Source: an uncultured Prevotella sp.
Lineage (GTDB): Bacteria > Bacteroidota > Bacteroidia > Bacteroidales > Bacteroidaceae
Assembly (NCBI GenBank): GCA_944320285.1
Contig: CALUGX010000127.1
Location: forward strand, 14,941 to 78,940
Direction of reading: 5' to 3'
DNA length: 64,000 nucleotides
Shown here: positions 9,718-19,476 of the stretch, piece by piece
Layout of the letters: every line of letters starts with the position of its first letter
Position numbering within the stretch: the first letter of the stretch is position 1
Notes under the pieces: model-generated
Told to the model about the DNA's origin: nothing
Databases searched by the model: none
The model's input: the letters and a program-made list of their open reading frames with translations, nothing else
Position numbers and translations under genes: made by a program

Positions 9718-9752
9718 AAAAGGGATGCGCCGCGATCGGCTTCATCCCTTTT
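9718..9752 (-). terminator. Intrinsic terminator after tRNA-Pro
   Basis: AAAAGGGATG ... CATCCCTTTT inverted repeat with A/T tails. Confidence 0.7.
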
Positions 9753-9753
9753 G

Positions 9754-9827
9754 TCGGGGCGACAGGATTCGAACCTGCGACCACCTGGTCCCAAACCAGG
9801 CGCGCTACCGGGCTGCGCTACACCCCG
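9754..9827 (-). tRNA. tRNA-Pro (anticodon TGG)
   Basis: CGGGGTGTAGCGCAGCCCGGTAGCGCGCCTGGTTTGGGACCAGGTGGTCGCAGGTTCGAATCCTGTCGCCCCGA: cloverleaf with TTCGAA T-loop. CCA is not encoded. Confidence 0.97.
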
Positions 9828-9959
9828 AACGGACGCACCTTTGTGCTTTTGCGAGTGCAAAGATACGTTATTTCCGTTGAACCTGCAAATTTTTAATTCA
9901 CAAATCGCATTTATACCGCAACCATAAGGTCTGACATGACGTCTCTATGTATGTCGCAG

Positions 9960-11969
9960 TCACTGTCTGGTATTTTTCTTAGGATAATTCAACGTTTGCT
10001 GGTGACGCACCATTACCTCGGCACATTGCAACATTGAGAATGCGTAATTTTTCATATCACGGAATATCATATCGTCTTGCGCCGCCTTCACTTGTCTGCC
10101 ATTAGTAAAATAACGCAACTCTTGACGCGTGCCGGGGAAGTAGATATAAAGGCGTGACGCCCCCCTTACTCCGATAAGGTTGTCGCTCGTAAAATACATA
10201 TATGGCCTCTTTTCCTTCAGCAGATTGATACCGAAACCGTTTTGCACATATCCGTATCCAAGAAGTCCCAGCAACGTAGGCATCAAGTCAACCTGCCCAC
10301 CCACGCTGTCAACAATCCTAGGCTCTATGCCTTTTCCAAATATTATTAACGGAATATGATTGTATGACAATGGGCTTTCACACTCCGGAGTGCCTACCAA
10401 TTTACCGTGGTCTGCCATCAATACGAATATGGTATTATCCGCCCACGGCTTCTTTTTTACCTCCGTAATGAAATTGCGAATAGCCCAGTCAGCGTATTCA
10501 ACTATCTGCTCCTCTGTCTTGTGACTACGCGGATGAAAGTAATCAGGCACTACGTATGGCGGATGGTTGCTTATAGTTAACAATACACTGAAAAACGGCT
10601 GCCCTGATTTAGCGTGCCTGTCAAGCACAGGCAATGCGTACTGGAACAGGTAGTCATCAGACACGCCAAAGCCGTTAACAACCTTGTCGGCCGGATAGTT
10701 CTCCTGAGAATATATTTCATCGAAACCGTTGGTACGGAAAAAAGCGTTCATGTTATCATACTGTGACTCGTGCGTCATGAAGAACATATTACGGTAACCT
10801 TTTTCCTTCAATATCGTGGGCAGGCCCGAATATATGGGTATGACGGATCCTTTCATCGCATTACGCTTCATCACTGCCGGAAACGAATATAACGCAGAGT
10901 ACATTCCCTGGTTAGTGTGTATGCCAGAAGAATAGAAATTACTGAAACTGAGCGAATGCTTGTAAAGACTGTCAACGAAAGGTGTAAGGTTATGTTTGTT
11001 ACCGAACGACTGCATGAGGCTGGCAGACATCGATTCCATCAATATTATAACGACATTCTTACGTCCATGCGCCACACTTGAGTCGGCTTCAACCACCCGT
11101 GCCAACGGCGATATTCCGTCTATGCCGTGCCTTGACAGCAGTTTCTGTGCATTGGCTACTGCCACATCGGTAGGCATCAGTTTCAATTCTTGGTTTTCCT
11201 TACGGCTGTCGTCAAGTGCACTTTTCATCAAACTGAATACTGGTGCCACGCCAACCTGATTGAGGAAAGGATCCGTACAATAATACGCTTGGCTAATTCT
11301 TATGGGGTTGCGTCCAGTGCGCCCTCGGATACCGAAAAAGCACAGTCCGACAACTACCCCCCCCACAGCAAAAACAGCGTAAGTCTGCCTACGAACCCAT
11401 GCGCGGGCAGGAGACGGCACAGTCATCTTATAGAATAGTTTTGACAGTTTGCAAACTAAATAGCCAAACAGTGCTATCATGGCAATGCCCAGCAGCAAAG
11501 TAAGATAATAAGACGCCTCGCCAAACACCATCCCTGCCGTTGTGCCGGCATAATCAAACCAGTTGAAGATAGACGAATTTATAGGCTTGAAGAAGTAATT
11601 GAAATACGGAATATTTGCCGCAGAAATGATGAAACCCAGCGAATACAACACGATGAAATACACCGTAACCGAACGATAGAGCCATTTCGATACACATCCG
11701 AACAATCCGGCTACCCAGAACACTACCAACGGCAATGCCGTAATGTAACAGGCTACCACGTTGTCAAACCAAAGACCACGCACAAAAGCTACAGCATACA
11801 ATCCATAATCACCGGCTATGCCCTTGGGAAAACTGTAATCCGTTGCTACGAAAAGCACAACACGGAATAGTGAAAAAAACAAAAGTGCCATAACGTGCAC
11901 GCTGAGTAAGAAGCCCAATGAGGCTACGCCGTTCCTTACTGCTGCATTTGTATTCTTAAGACGATCCAT
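9960..11969 (-). CDS. LTA synthase family / sulfatase-like membrane protein
   Basis: N-terminal transmembrane segments, then ILMESMS, HTNQG, TISNHPPY, YADWAI and ADHG alkaline-phosphatase-superfamily motifs. Confidence 0.9.
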   Translation of the reverse strand: MDRLKNTNAAVRNGVASLGFLLSVHVMALLFFSLFRVVLFVATDYSFPKGIAGDYGLYAVAFVRGLWFDNVVACYITALPLVVFWVAGLFGCVSKWLYRSVTVYFIVLYSLGFIISAANIPYFNYFFKPINSSIFNWFDYAGTTAGMVFGEASYYLTLLLGIAMIALFGYLVCKLSKLFYKMTVPSPARAWVRRQTYAVFAVGGVVVGLCFFGIRGRTGRNPIRISQAYYCTDPFLNQVGVAPVFSLMKSALDDSRKENQELKLMPTDVAVANAQKLLSRHGIDGISPLARVVEADSSVAHGRKNVVIILMESMSASLMQSFGNKHNLTPFVDSLYKHSLSFSNFYSSGIHTNQGMYSALYSFPAVMKRNAMKGSVIPIYSGLPTILKEKGYRNMFFMTHESQYDNMNAFFRTNGFDEIYSQENYPADKVVNGFGVSDDYLFQYALPVLDRHAKSGQPFFSVLLTISNHPPYVVPDYFHPRSHKTEEQIVEYADWAIRNFITEVKKKPWADNTIFVLMADHGKLVGTPECESPLSYNHIPLIIFGKGIEPRIVDSVGGQVDLMPTLLGLLGYGYVQNGFGINLLKEKRPYMYFTSDNLIGVRGASRLYIYFPGTRQELRYFTNGRQVKAAQDDMIFRDMKNYAFSMLQCAEVMVRHQQTLNYPKKNTRQ

Positions 11970-11974
11970 ATATC

Positions 11975-12002
11975 AAAAAACTGCCCTCTGTAATGAGGGC
12001 AG
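11975..12002 (-). terminator. Intrinsic terminator-like hairpin downstream of spt
   Basis: CTGCCCTC-N6-GAGGGCAG followed by T6 on the minus strand. Confidence 0.7.
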
Positions 12003-12056
12003 AAACTATATATAATTAAAATATATAAAATCTATTTTTAATAAAGTGTGGGGAAT

Positions 12057-13244
12057 TTACTTGATAATGCCTTGTTCCACAAAAATTTTCTTCAAGGCCT
12101 GCACACCACGTTCTACCTGTTCCTTAGTGTGAGTAGCCATGAGGGCGAAGCGCACCAGAGTGTCTTGCGGAGCACAAGCCGGAGGTATCACGGGATTGAT
12201 AAACACCCCGGCATCGAACGCAAGTTTGGTCACAAAGAACGTCTTGTCAACATCTCTGACATACAGCGGAATGATTGGGCTCTCGGTATCACCTATCTCA
12301 AAACCTTCCTCCTTGAAGCGCTTAAGTGCATATTTGGTAACTTCCCACAGACGTTCTATACGCTCAGGTTCGCTCTTGAGTATGTGCAAAGCCTCCATTG
12401 CCGCAGCAGTAGCCGCAGGAGTATTGGACGCACTGAAGATGTAAGTGCGGCAAGTGTGCCTCAGATAATTGATGGTATCCTTGTCGCCGGCGATAAAACC
12501 GCCGATGCTGGCAAGGCTCTTAGAGAACGTACCCATAATAAGGTCTACTTCATCGATGACGTCGAAATAGTCGCAAACACCGCGGCCGTCTTTGCCGAAC
12601 ACTCCCAATCCGTGAGCCTCGTCAACCATCAATGACGCATTGTATTTCTTCTTCAGGCGTACTATTTCAGGCAGGTTAGCCAAGTCGCCCTCCATTGAGA
12701 ACACACCGTCAACAACAATCAGCTTTACCGCCTCAGGTCGGCACTTCTGCAACTGCTTTTCAAGGTCGTCCATATCGTTGTGCTTGTATTTCAAACATGT
12801 GGCGAACGACAGCCTACGGCCATCTACAATGCTCGCATGGTCACGGTCGTCACAAATGATGTAATCCTCGCGTCCACAAACTACGGCCAACACACCAGCA
12901 TTGACTGAAAAACCTGTAGAGAAGCACAGGGCATCATCCTTCTGCTCAAATTCGGCAAGCTCTTTTTCCAACTGCACGTGCAAGTCGAGTGTGCCGTTCA
13001 AAAAACGGCTACCAGCACAACCTGTGCCATACTTGTCGAGCGCAGCCTTCGCCGCAGCCTCTACGCGCGGATCGCCAGTAAGACCGGTATAAGCGTTGGA
13101 ACCGAACATCAGAACGTCGTGTCCAGCCATATGTACCTCGGTACCCTGCTTGCCCGTGATTTCACGAAAATAAGGGTAAACGCCCGCCTCCATGAACTTC
13201 TGCGGCTCACGGTAATTCTTGTATCTCTCTTGTAATTGTCCCAT
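12057..13244 (-). CDS. spt: Serine palmitoyltransferase (alpha-oxoamine synthase family, PLP)
   Basis: FGSNAYTGL, GSRFLNGTLDLH, VDEAHGLG and GTFSKSLASIGG motifs. N-terminus YPYFR typical of Bacteroidota SPT. Confidence 0.85.
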   Translation of the reverse strand: MGQLQERYKNYREPQKFMEAGVYPYFREITGKQGTEVHMAGHDVLMFGSNAYTGLTGDPRVEAAAKAALDKYGTGCAGSRFLNGTLDLHVQLEKELAEFEQKDDALCFSTGFSVNAGVLAVVCGREDYIICDDRDHASIVDGRRLSFATCLKYKHNDMDDLEKQLQKCRPEAVKLIVVDGVFSMEGDLANLPEIVRLKKKYNASLMVDEAHGLGVFGKDGRGVCDYFDVIDEVDLIMGTFSKSLASIGGFIAGDKDTINYLRHTCRTYIFSASNTPAATAAAMEALHILKSEPERIERLWEVTKYALKRFKEEGFEIGDTESPIIPLYVRDVDKTFFVTKLAFDAGVFINPVIPPACAPQDTLVRFALMATHTKEQVERGVQALKKIFVEQGIIK

Positions 13245-13376
13245 AATGAAATTTGTTGTGGGCGCGTCGGCAAACTACCAGTAAAAATCTTTATCGCCTG
13301 CGGCGGCCGCATAAGCCCCGCAAGGCGCATGGCACGAACGCCCCCATTATGACTTCATTGCTTTTTTCAATCAGGC

Positions 13377-13386
13377 TGCAAAGATA
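13377..13386 (-). promoter_or_regulatory. Bacteroidota -7 promoter element for spt
   Basis: TATCTTTGCA on the minus strand. Confidence 0.65.
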
Positions 13387-13495
13387 CAAAAAATTGCGAA
13401 AACGTAACTCTATTTCATAGAAAAGTGTCTTAAAAGTAAAAATATTACATTTGTTAAAAAGACCTATACTAAAATATTATTACATTTGCAGCACG

Positions 13496-14533
13496 ATGAC
13501 TGACAAGGAGAAAATATTATTCATAATGAACCCCGTTTCAGGCACGCTTGAAAAGACCGGCGTGGCGAAGATTGTTGAAAGCACCATCGACAAGGAGTTT
13601 TACGACTTCGAGATACAACAGACCCGCTACAGTGGCCACGCCTACGAGATGGCCCGCAACGCGCGCGAGTGCGAATACTTTGCCGTCGTAGCCGTTGGTG
13701 GCGACGGTACGGTGAACGAAGTGGCAAAGGCCTTGACTCATTCCAACACCGCTCTCGGCATCATCCCATGCGGATCGGGCAACGGACTGGCCCGCCATTT
13801 AATGCTGCCTATGGACGTGCGTCGCTCCGTAGAAACAATCAACGCCCATACAGTGCACACGCTTGACTACGGGGTGATTAACGATACACCTTTCTTCTGC
13901 ACCTGCGGCATGGGCTTTGACGCCTTTATCAGCATGAAGTTCGCCGAGGCTGGGCGGCGCGGCCCTATCACCTACTTGGAGAACATCCTGCGAGAAGGCT
14001 TACGCTACAAGCCCGAAACCTACGAAATCATCTACGACGGCCACACCCATGTGCACCGCGCATTCCTCATTTCTTGTGCCAACGCATCTCAATACGGCAA
14101 CAACGCCTATATAGCCCCACAAGCATCAATGAGCGACGGACTGCTTGACGTCACAATAATGCAGCCTTTCGATATGATAGAAGCGCTACAGCTCGGCATA
14201 GACCTATTCAACAAGACTATCGACAAAAACCCGCGCATACAGACATTCAAGACGCGCCACATCCATATAAAGCGCGATAAGCCAGGCTTCATCCACTATG
14301 ACGGCGACCCCATAATGACCAGTGCCGATGTTGACATACGCATAGAACCGCGTGGTATCAACATTATCGTGAACCCCCTCGCCCATAAGGAACGGCGCCA
14401 ACCATCAGCCATGCAGACAGCCTATAGTGTGTTTGTCAATGATATTCTCGCCACATTGGCTGGCAAGCACAAGCTGAAAACTCAAGCCGGAAAAATGTTT
14501 TCGCGCAACAAAAAAGACCAAACGGACAAATAA
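13496..14533 (+). CDS. YegS/diacylglycerol kinase family lipid kinase
   Basis: NPVSG, GGDGTVNEV, GSGNGLARHL, QYGNNA and DGLLDV motifs. TACATTTG promoter motif at 13481. Confidence 0.92.
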   Translation: MTDKEKILFIMNPVSGTLEKTGVAKIVESTIDKEFYDFEIQQTRYSGHAYEMARNARECEYFAVVAVGGDGTVNEVAKALTHSNTALGIIPCGSGNGLARHLMLPMDVRRSVETINAHTVHTLDYGVINDTPFFCTCGMGFDAFISMKFAEAGRRGPITYLENILREGLRYKPETYEIIYDGHTHVHRAFLISCANASQYGNNAYIAPQASMSDGLLDVTIMQPFDMIEALQLGIDLFNKTIDKNPRIQTFKTRHIHIKRDKPGFIHYDGDPIMTSADVDIRIEPRGINIIVNPLAHKERRQPSAMQTAYSVFVNDILATLAGKHKLKTQAGKMFSRNKKDQTDK

Positions 14534-14740
14534 AAACTAAATGAATTATGCAAAGCTCCCATTTATCAGTAGTTAAAGCTGTTTTTCGCTTTGCTCAAGG
14601 GAACTTCGCTCTCTACGGTCGCTAAGTAGTTAAAAACATTAGTTTCGTTAAATCACACCTGTCTGACAATAGTAGGATAATTGCGGATATTCATAAAAAC
14701 TAATTCAAATATTGTTTTATTCGACAAGCCACTTAACCAT

Positions 14741-14845
14741 CTGCATATCAATACATTATAAAAGGCCACGTTTTGCACAGCAAAACGTGGCCTTTTAACA
14801 TCCAAAACACGGCTATTTACAATATAAAACGACACGAACGGTAAT
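14741..14845. repeat. Degenerate 22-bp-period intergenic array with an embedded perfect palindrome
   Basis: (T/C)AAAA at 14759, 14781, 14803, 14825. AAAGGCCACGTTTTGC-ACA-GCAAAACGTGGCCTTT. Confidence 0.6.
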
Positions 14846-14899
14846 AAACTTAATATCAAGCAACCGGTCAAAAAACAATTACCCAAAATCGGCAATACG

Positions 14900-14933
14900 A
14901 AAAGCGGGGGAAGGCTCAACACCTTCCCCCGCT
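14900..14933 (-). terminator. Intrinsic terminator of carB
   Basis: AGCGGGGGAAGG / CCTTCCCCCGCT 12-bp stem, T tract on the minus strand. Confidence 0.8.
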
Positions 14934-14990
14934 GAATTTATCCCGTAAGATAGCATTTACTACAGTATTTTTTAAATTCCACGTCTACAC

Positions 14991-17900
14991 TTATTTATAC
15001 TCGCCCCAAGGCTTGATGTCAATGTCTTCAAGCCTTACGCGACAGAAAGCATTAATAAACGCCGTGGCCAAACGACTGTTTGTGATAAGAGGCACGTTAA
15101 GGTCGATAGCCGCGCGACGTATTTTATAGCCGTTTGAGAGTTCGTTTACTGTAAGGTCTTTGGGAATGTTGACAACAAGGTCTATTTCATGATGGTGAAG
15201 CATATCAAGTGCCTGTGGTTGCTTGTCAGCATCTGAAGGCCAGTAAACAAGGGTGTTATCAACACCGTTCTCTGTCAGGAACTTCGACGATCCCACAGTA
15301 GCGTAAAGTTTGTAGCCACTCTTTACGAGCTGGCGGGCGGCGTCGAGCATCTCAGCTTTCTGCTTTGGGCCGCCGGTTGAAAGCAGAATATTGCGTTCCG
15401 GAATGCGGTGACCAACAGAGAGCATACTCTTGAGCAACGCAGTGTTGGTGTCATCACCAAGACAGCCCACCTCACCAGTAGACGCCATGTCAACGCCCAG
15501 CACGGGGTCGGCCTTTTGCAAACGGCTGAACGAGAACTGGCTGGCCTTAATGCCGACATAGTCAAGGTCGAAGAGATTTTTACTTGGTTTTTCAACAGGT
15601 AGTCCGAGCATAACTTTTGTGGCCAACTCAATAAGGTTGATCTTAAGCACTTTGCTGACAAATGGGAACGAGCGTGACGCACGCAGGTTACACTCTATCA
15701 CCTTTATGTCATTGTCGCGGGCGAGGAACTGAATGTTGAACGGGCCGCTGATGTGCAGTTCTTGGGCGATCTTGCGACTCACACGCTTGATGCGGCGTAT
15801 GGTCTCGCAATAGAGCTTCTGCGGCGGGAACTGGATTGTGGCGTCACCTGAATGAACTCCGGCGAACTCGATGTGCTCGCTTATGGCGTAGGCTATTATT
15901 TCTCCGTCACGAGCCACGGCGTCCATCTCTACTTCCTTAGCGTGCTCAATAAACTGGCTCACAACGACGGGATGGTCTTCAGACACGTTGGCTGCCAACT
16001 TAAGGAAGCGTTCCAATTCATCGTTGTTGGAACATACGTTCATTGCGGCACCTGACAACACATAAGACGGACGTACAAGAACGGGAAATCCCACGCGGTC
16101 TATGAATTGCCGGATGTCGTCCATCGACGTCAGCGCGCTCCATTCGGGCTGGTCTATACCGTTGCGACCCAGCATCGAAGAGAACTTGGCACGATCCTCG
16201 GCATTGTCAATGTCGCGCGCAGATGTCCCGAGTATTGGCACTCGCATGGCATCGAGTCGCATAGCAAGGTTGTTGGGTATTTGGCCGCCGGTGGAAACTA
16301 TTACGCCGTGTGGACACTCAAGGTCGATGATATCCATTACGCGCTCGAAAGTCAGTTCGTCGAAATAGAGACGGTCGCACATATCATAGTCTGTCGAGAC
16401 AGTCTCAGGGTTATAGTTAATCATGACACTGCGCCAGCCTTGCCTGCGTATCGTCTCCAAGGCCTGCACGCCGCACCAGTCGAACTCTACGGAACTGCCT
16501 ATGCGGTATGCACCTGAACCAAGCACGATAATCGAACGCTTGTCACGCTCAAAAGTTATATCGCTCTTGACGCCAGCATATGTGACATACAAGTAATTGG
16601 TCTGCGCCGGATATTCGGCGGCGAGGGTGTCTATCTGTTTAACTACTGGCAGTATGCCGTAGTTCTTACGCAAACGGCGAATGGCAAGACCCGCCTCGGC
16701 CATATTACCAAGCTCGCTTTCAAGTCCTACGGCGCGAGCTATCTGGAAGTCAGTGAAACCGTACACTTTGGCAGTACGCAGAAGTTCCTTGTCTAACACG
16801 TTGACACTCTTGCAACGTTTGAGCGTCTCGTCAATATCGATGATGTGCTTTAACTTGTACAGGAACCATTTATCAATTTTCGTAAGGCTGTGTATTTGGT
16901 CGATGGTATAACCACGATGCATGGCTTTCGATATGACGAATATACGGTTGTCTGTTGGGTCGCGTAATGCTTCATCGATGTCAGCTATCTCAAGCTCTTT
17001 GTTCTCTACAAAGCCGTGCATCCCCTGCCCTATCATACGCAGACCTTTCTGTATGGCCTCCTCGAAATTGCGACCTATGGCCATAACCTCACCTACAGAC
17101 TTCATAGACGAACCGAGCTCGCGGTCTACACCGCGGAATTTGCTGAGATCCCAGCGAGGAATCTTACATACAACGTAGTCCAAAGCCGGTTCAAAGAATG
17201 CACTTGTAGTCTTAGTCACAGAGTTTTTCAACTCGAACAACCCGTAACCAAGCCCCAGCTTGGCGGCGACGAACGCCAATGGGTAACCCGTGGCCTTGGA
17301 TGCCAAGGCCGAACTACGGCTCAAGCGGGCGTTCACCTCAATGACGCGGTAATCCTCGCTCTTGGGGTCGAAGGCGTACTGAACATTACACTCACCTACA
17401 ATACCTATGTGACGTATGATTTTTATAGATAAAGCGCGGAGCTTATGGTACTCACTGTTTGTCAGCGTCTGTGACGGGGCAATAACTATACTCTCACCCG
17501 TATGTATTCCAAGCGGGTCGAAGTTTTCCATGTTGCAGACTGTGATGCAGTTGTCGTAACGGTCGCGCACTACTTCATACTCAATCTCCTTCCATCCCTT
17601 AAGGCTCTTCTCCACCAAGACTTGCGGCGAGAATGAAAAAGCCTTCTCCGCCAAGCGGTCAAGCTCTTCCTCGTTGTCGCAAAATCCGCTGCCAAGCCCT
17701 CCAAGGGCGTATGCGGCACGGATGATGACAGGATAACCGAGTTCAGCAGCAGCCTTACGCGCCTGCTCGATGTTCTCGCAGGCTTCGCTCTTTATCGTCT
17801 TGACATCTATCTCATTAAGACGGTCTACGAAAAGTTCCCTGTCCTCAGTATCCATTATGGCCTGTACGGGCGTGCCAAGCACGCGCACGCCGTATTTCTC

Positions 17901-18221
17901 AAGCACTCCACTCTTGTACAGCTCCACGCCGCAGTTCAGTGCTGTCTGGCCTCCAAACGACAGGAGGATGCCGTCGGGACGCTCCTTCTCGATAACGCGC
18001 TCTACAAAATAAGGCTGCACGGGAAGGAAATATATCTGGCCGGCCACGCCTTCCGATGTCTGCACCGTGGCGATGTTGGGGTTGATAAGCACAGTCTCAA
18101 CGCCTTCTTCCCTCAATGCCTTTAACGCCTGCGAACCTGAATAGTCAAATTCGCCGGCCTCACCTATCTTCAACGCTCCAGAACCGAGGAGCAGCACTTT
18201 CTTTATATCATTGTATTTCAT
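14991..18221 (-). CDS. carB: Carbamoyl-phosphate synthase large subunit
   Basis: GEAGEFDYSGSQA, duplicated ATP-grasp domains, EVNARLSRSSALASKATGYP, C-terminal MGS domain. Confidence 0.98.
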   Translation of the reverse strand: MKYNDIKKVLLLGSGALKIGEAGEFDYSGSQALKALREEGVETVLINPNIATVQTSEGVAGQIYFLPVQPYFVERVIEKERPDGILLSFGGQTALNCGVELYKSGVLEKYGVRVLGTPVQAIMDTEDRELFVDRLNEIDVKTIKSEACENIEQARKAAAELGYPVIIRAAYALGGLGSGFCDNEEELDRLAEKAFSFSPQVLVEKSLKGWKEIEYEVVRDRYDNCITVCNMENFDPLGIHTGESIVIAPSQTLTNSEYHKLRALSIKIIRHIGIVGECNVQYAFDPKSEDYRVIEVNARLSRSSALASKATGYPLAFVAAKLGLGYGLFELKNSVTKTTSAFFEPALDYVVCKIPRWDLSKFRGVDRELGSSMKSVGEVMAIGRNFEEAIQKGLRMIGQGMHGFVENKELEIADIDEALRDPTDNRIFVISKAMHRGYTIDQIHSLTKIDKWFLYKLKHIIDIDETLKRCKSVNVLDKELLRTAKVYGFTDFQIARAVGLESELGNMAEAGLAIRRLRKNYGILPVVKQIDTLAAEYPAQTNYLYVTYAGVKSDITFERDKRSIIVLGSGAYRIGSSVEFDWCGVQALETIRRQGWRSVMINYNPETVSTDYDMCDRLYFDELTFERVMDIIDLECPHGVIVSTGGQIPNNLAMRLDAMRVPILGTSARDIDNAEDRAKFSSMLGRNGIDQPEWSALTSMDDIRQFIDRVGFPVLVRPSYVLSGAAMNVCSNNDELERFLKLAANVSEDHPVVVSQFIEHAKEVEMDAVARDGEIIAYAISEHIEFAGVHSGDATIQFPPQKLYCETIRRIKRVSRKIAQELHISGPFNIQFLARDNDIKVIECNLRASRSFPFVSKVLKINLIELATKVMLGLPVEKPSKNLFDLDYVGIKASQFSFSRLQKADPVLGVDMASTGEVGCLGDDTNTALLKSMLSVGHRIPERNILLSTGGPKQKAEMLDAARQLVKSGYKLYATVGSSKFLTENGVDNTLVYWPSDADKQPQALDMLHHHEIDLVVNIPKDLTVNELSNGYKIRRAAIDLNVPLITNSRLATAFINAFCRVRLEDIDIKPWGEYK

Positions 18222-18284
18222 CTTCTATTATCCTTGAAAGTTAAGATTTAAGAAACGCCTGTAACTAAGTCTTTAACGCCCGTA

Positions 18285-19361
18285 TCACTTTAATGCGTCT
18301 ACGAACTTGTCGAACATGAACTCCGTGTCAACCGGCCCGGAGCAAGCCTCCGGGTGGAACTGGCTGGAGAACCAAGGGTTAGTCTTGTGGCGGATGCCCT
18401 CGTTGCTGCCGTCGTTCATGTTGATAAAAAGTTCTTCCCAATCATTGCCAAGCGTGGCTCCATCAACGGCATAACCGTGATTTTGGCTCGTCACATAACA
18501 ATGCTCCGTACCCACAAGGCGTACCGGCTGGTTATGTGAGCGGTGGCCGTATTTCAACTTGTAGATCTTCGCGCCTCCCGCCTTGGCCAACAGCTGGTTG
18601 CCCATACAGATACCACATATCGGTTTCGTTGAGATGTTCATCTGCTTCCGTATCACAGCCACGGCGTCCTCGCACATATCGGGATCACCTGGGCCGTTGG
18701 CAAGGAACAGGCCGTCAAAGTCCATAGCCGTATAATCATAATTCCAAGGCACACGTATTACCTCGACGCCCCGACGCACAAGGCACCTTATAATGTTGTT
18801 CTTGACTCCGCAGTCAACAAGCACGACTTTCTTACCGGCCCCTTCGTTGTACCGGATTATTTGCTTGCAACTCACCTGGTCTACAAAGTTCACACCTTCA
18901 TAGTCGGCCGAAGGTATGTTGTCAGGCTCGTCGTCAAATATTATCTTGCCCATCATGACACCATGTTCACGCAACACCTTGGTGAGCTCACGGGTGTCGA
19001 TGCCCGTCACTCCCGGTACGTGCTCGCGCTTCAGCCAGTCGGCAAGACTTTCCACTGCGTTCCAATGACTGTATTGCTCACTGTAATCGGCAACGATTAT
19101 AGCCGACGCATATATCTTGTCGCTTTCCATGAAAGTGGCTATCCCGTCAGGTTCAACCGTAAACGGCGGCACTCCGTAATTGCCTACCAACGGATAAGTG
19201 AGAACCATTAATTGCCCGGCGTATGATGGATCCGTAAGGCTTTCAGGATAACCCATCATCGCCGTGTTGAACACCACCTCGCCAGCCACAGGGCTGTCAT
19301 AGCCAAACGACTTACCTTGGAACTTCGTTCCGTCTTCCAAGACTAATGTTACGTTTCTCAT
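18285..19361 (-). CDS. carA: Carbamoyl-phosphate synthase small subunit
   Basis: GEVVFNTAMMGY, NGPGDP, GICMGNQ and QFHPE motifs. Start moved to MRNVTL. Confidence 0.97.
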   Translation of the reverse strand: MRNVTLVLEDGTKFQGKSFGYDSPVAGEVVFNTAMMGYPESLTDPSYAGQLMVLTYPLVGNYGVPPFTVEPDGIATFMESDKIYASAIIVADYSEQYSHWNAVESLADWLKREHVPGVTGIDTRELTKVLREHGVMMGKIIFDDEPDNIPSADYEGVNFVDQVSCKQIIRYNEGAGKKVVLVDCGVKNNIIRCLVRRGVEVIRVPWNYDYTAMDFDGLFLANGPGDPDMCEDAVAVIRKQMNISTKPICGICMGNQLLAKAGGAKIYKLKYGHRSHNQPVRLVGTEHCYVTSQNHGYAVDGATLGNDWEELFINMNDGSNEGIRHKTNPWFSSQFHPEACSGPVDTEFMFDKFVDALK

Positions 19362-19476
19362 TTTTTGTCGTGCTTTATAGATTTTGTGCATTGCAAGCAT
19401 ACGGCTTGCAATCCGCTTATTTTCCTTGAAAAAGCCCGAAGCCGACACAAAGGCCTGCCGCGGGCTATGGTGTTTA

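Noticed and set aside
9754-9827. tRNA-Pro as an integration site
   Set aside because: No duplicated tRNA 3' end or integrase was seen in the window, and the flanking genes look chromosomal.
8643-9860. 405-aa track ORF with an unusual N-terminus (RGVAQPGSAPGLGPGGRRFESCRP)
   Set aside because: The extension is the translated tRNA-Pro gene. The real CDS starts at 9674.
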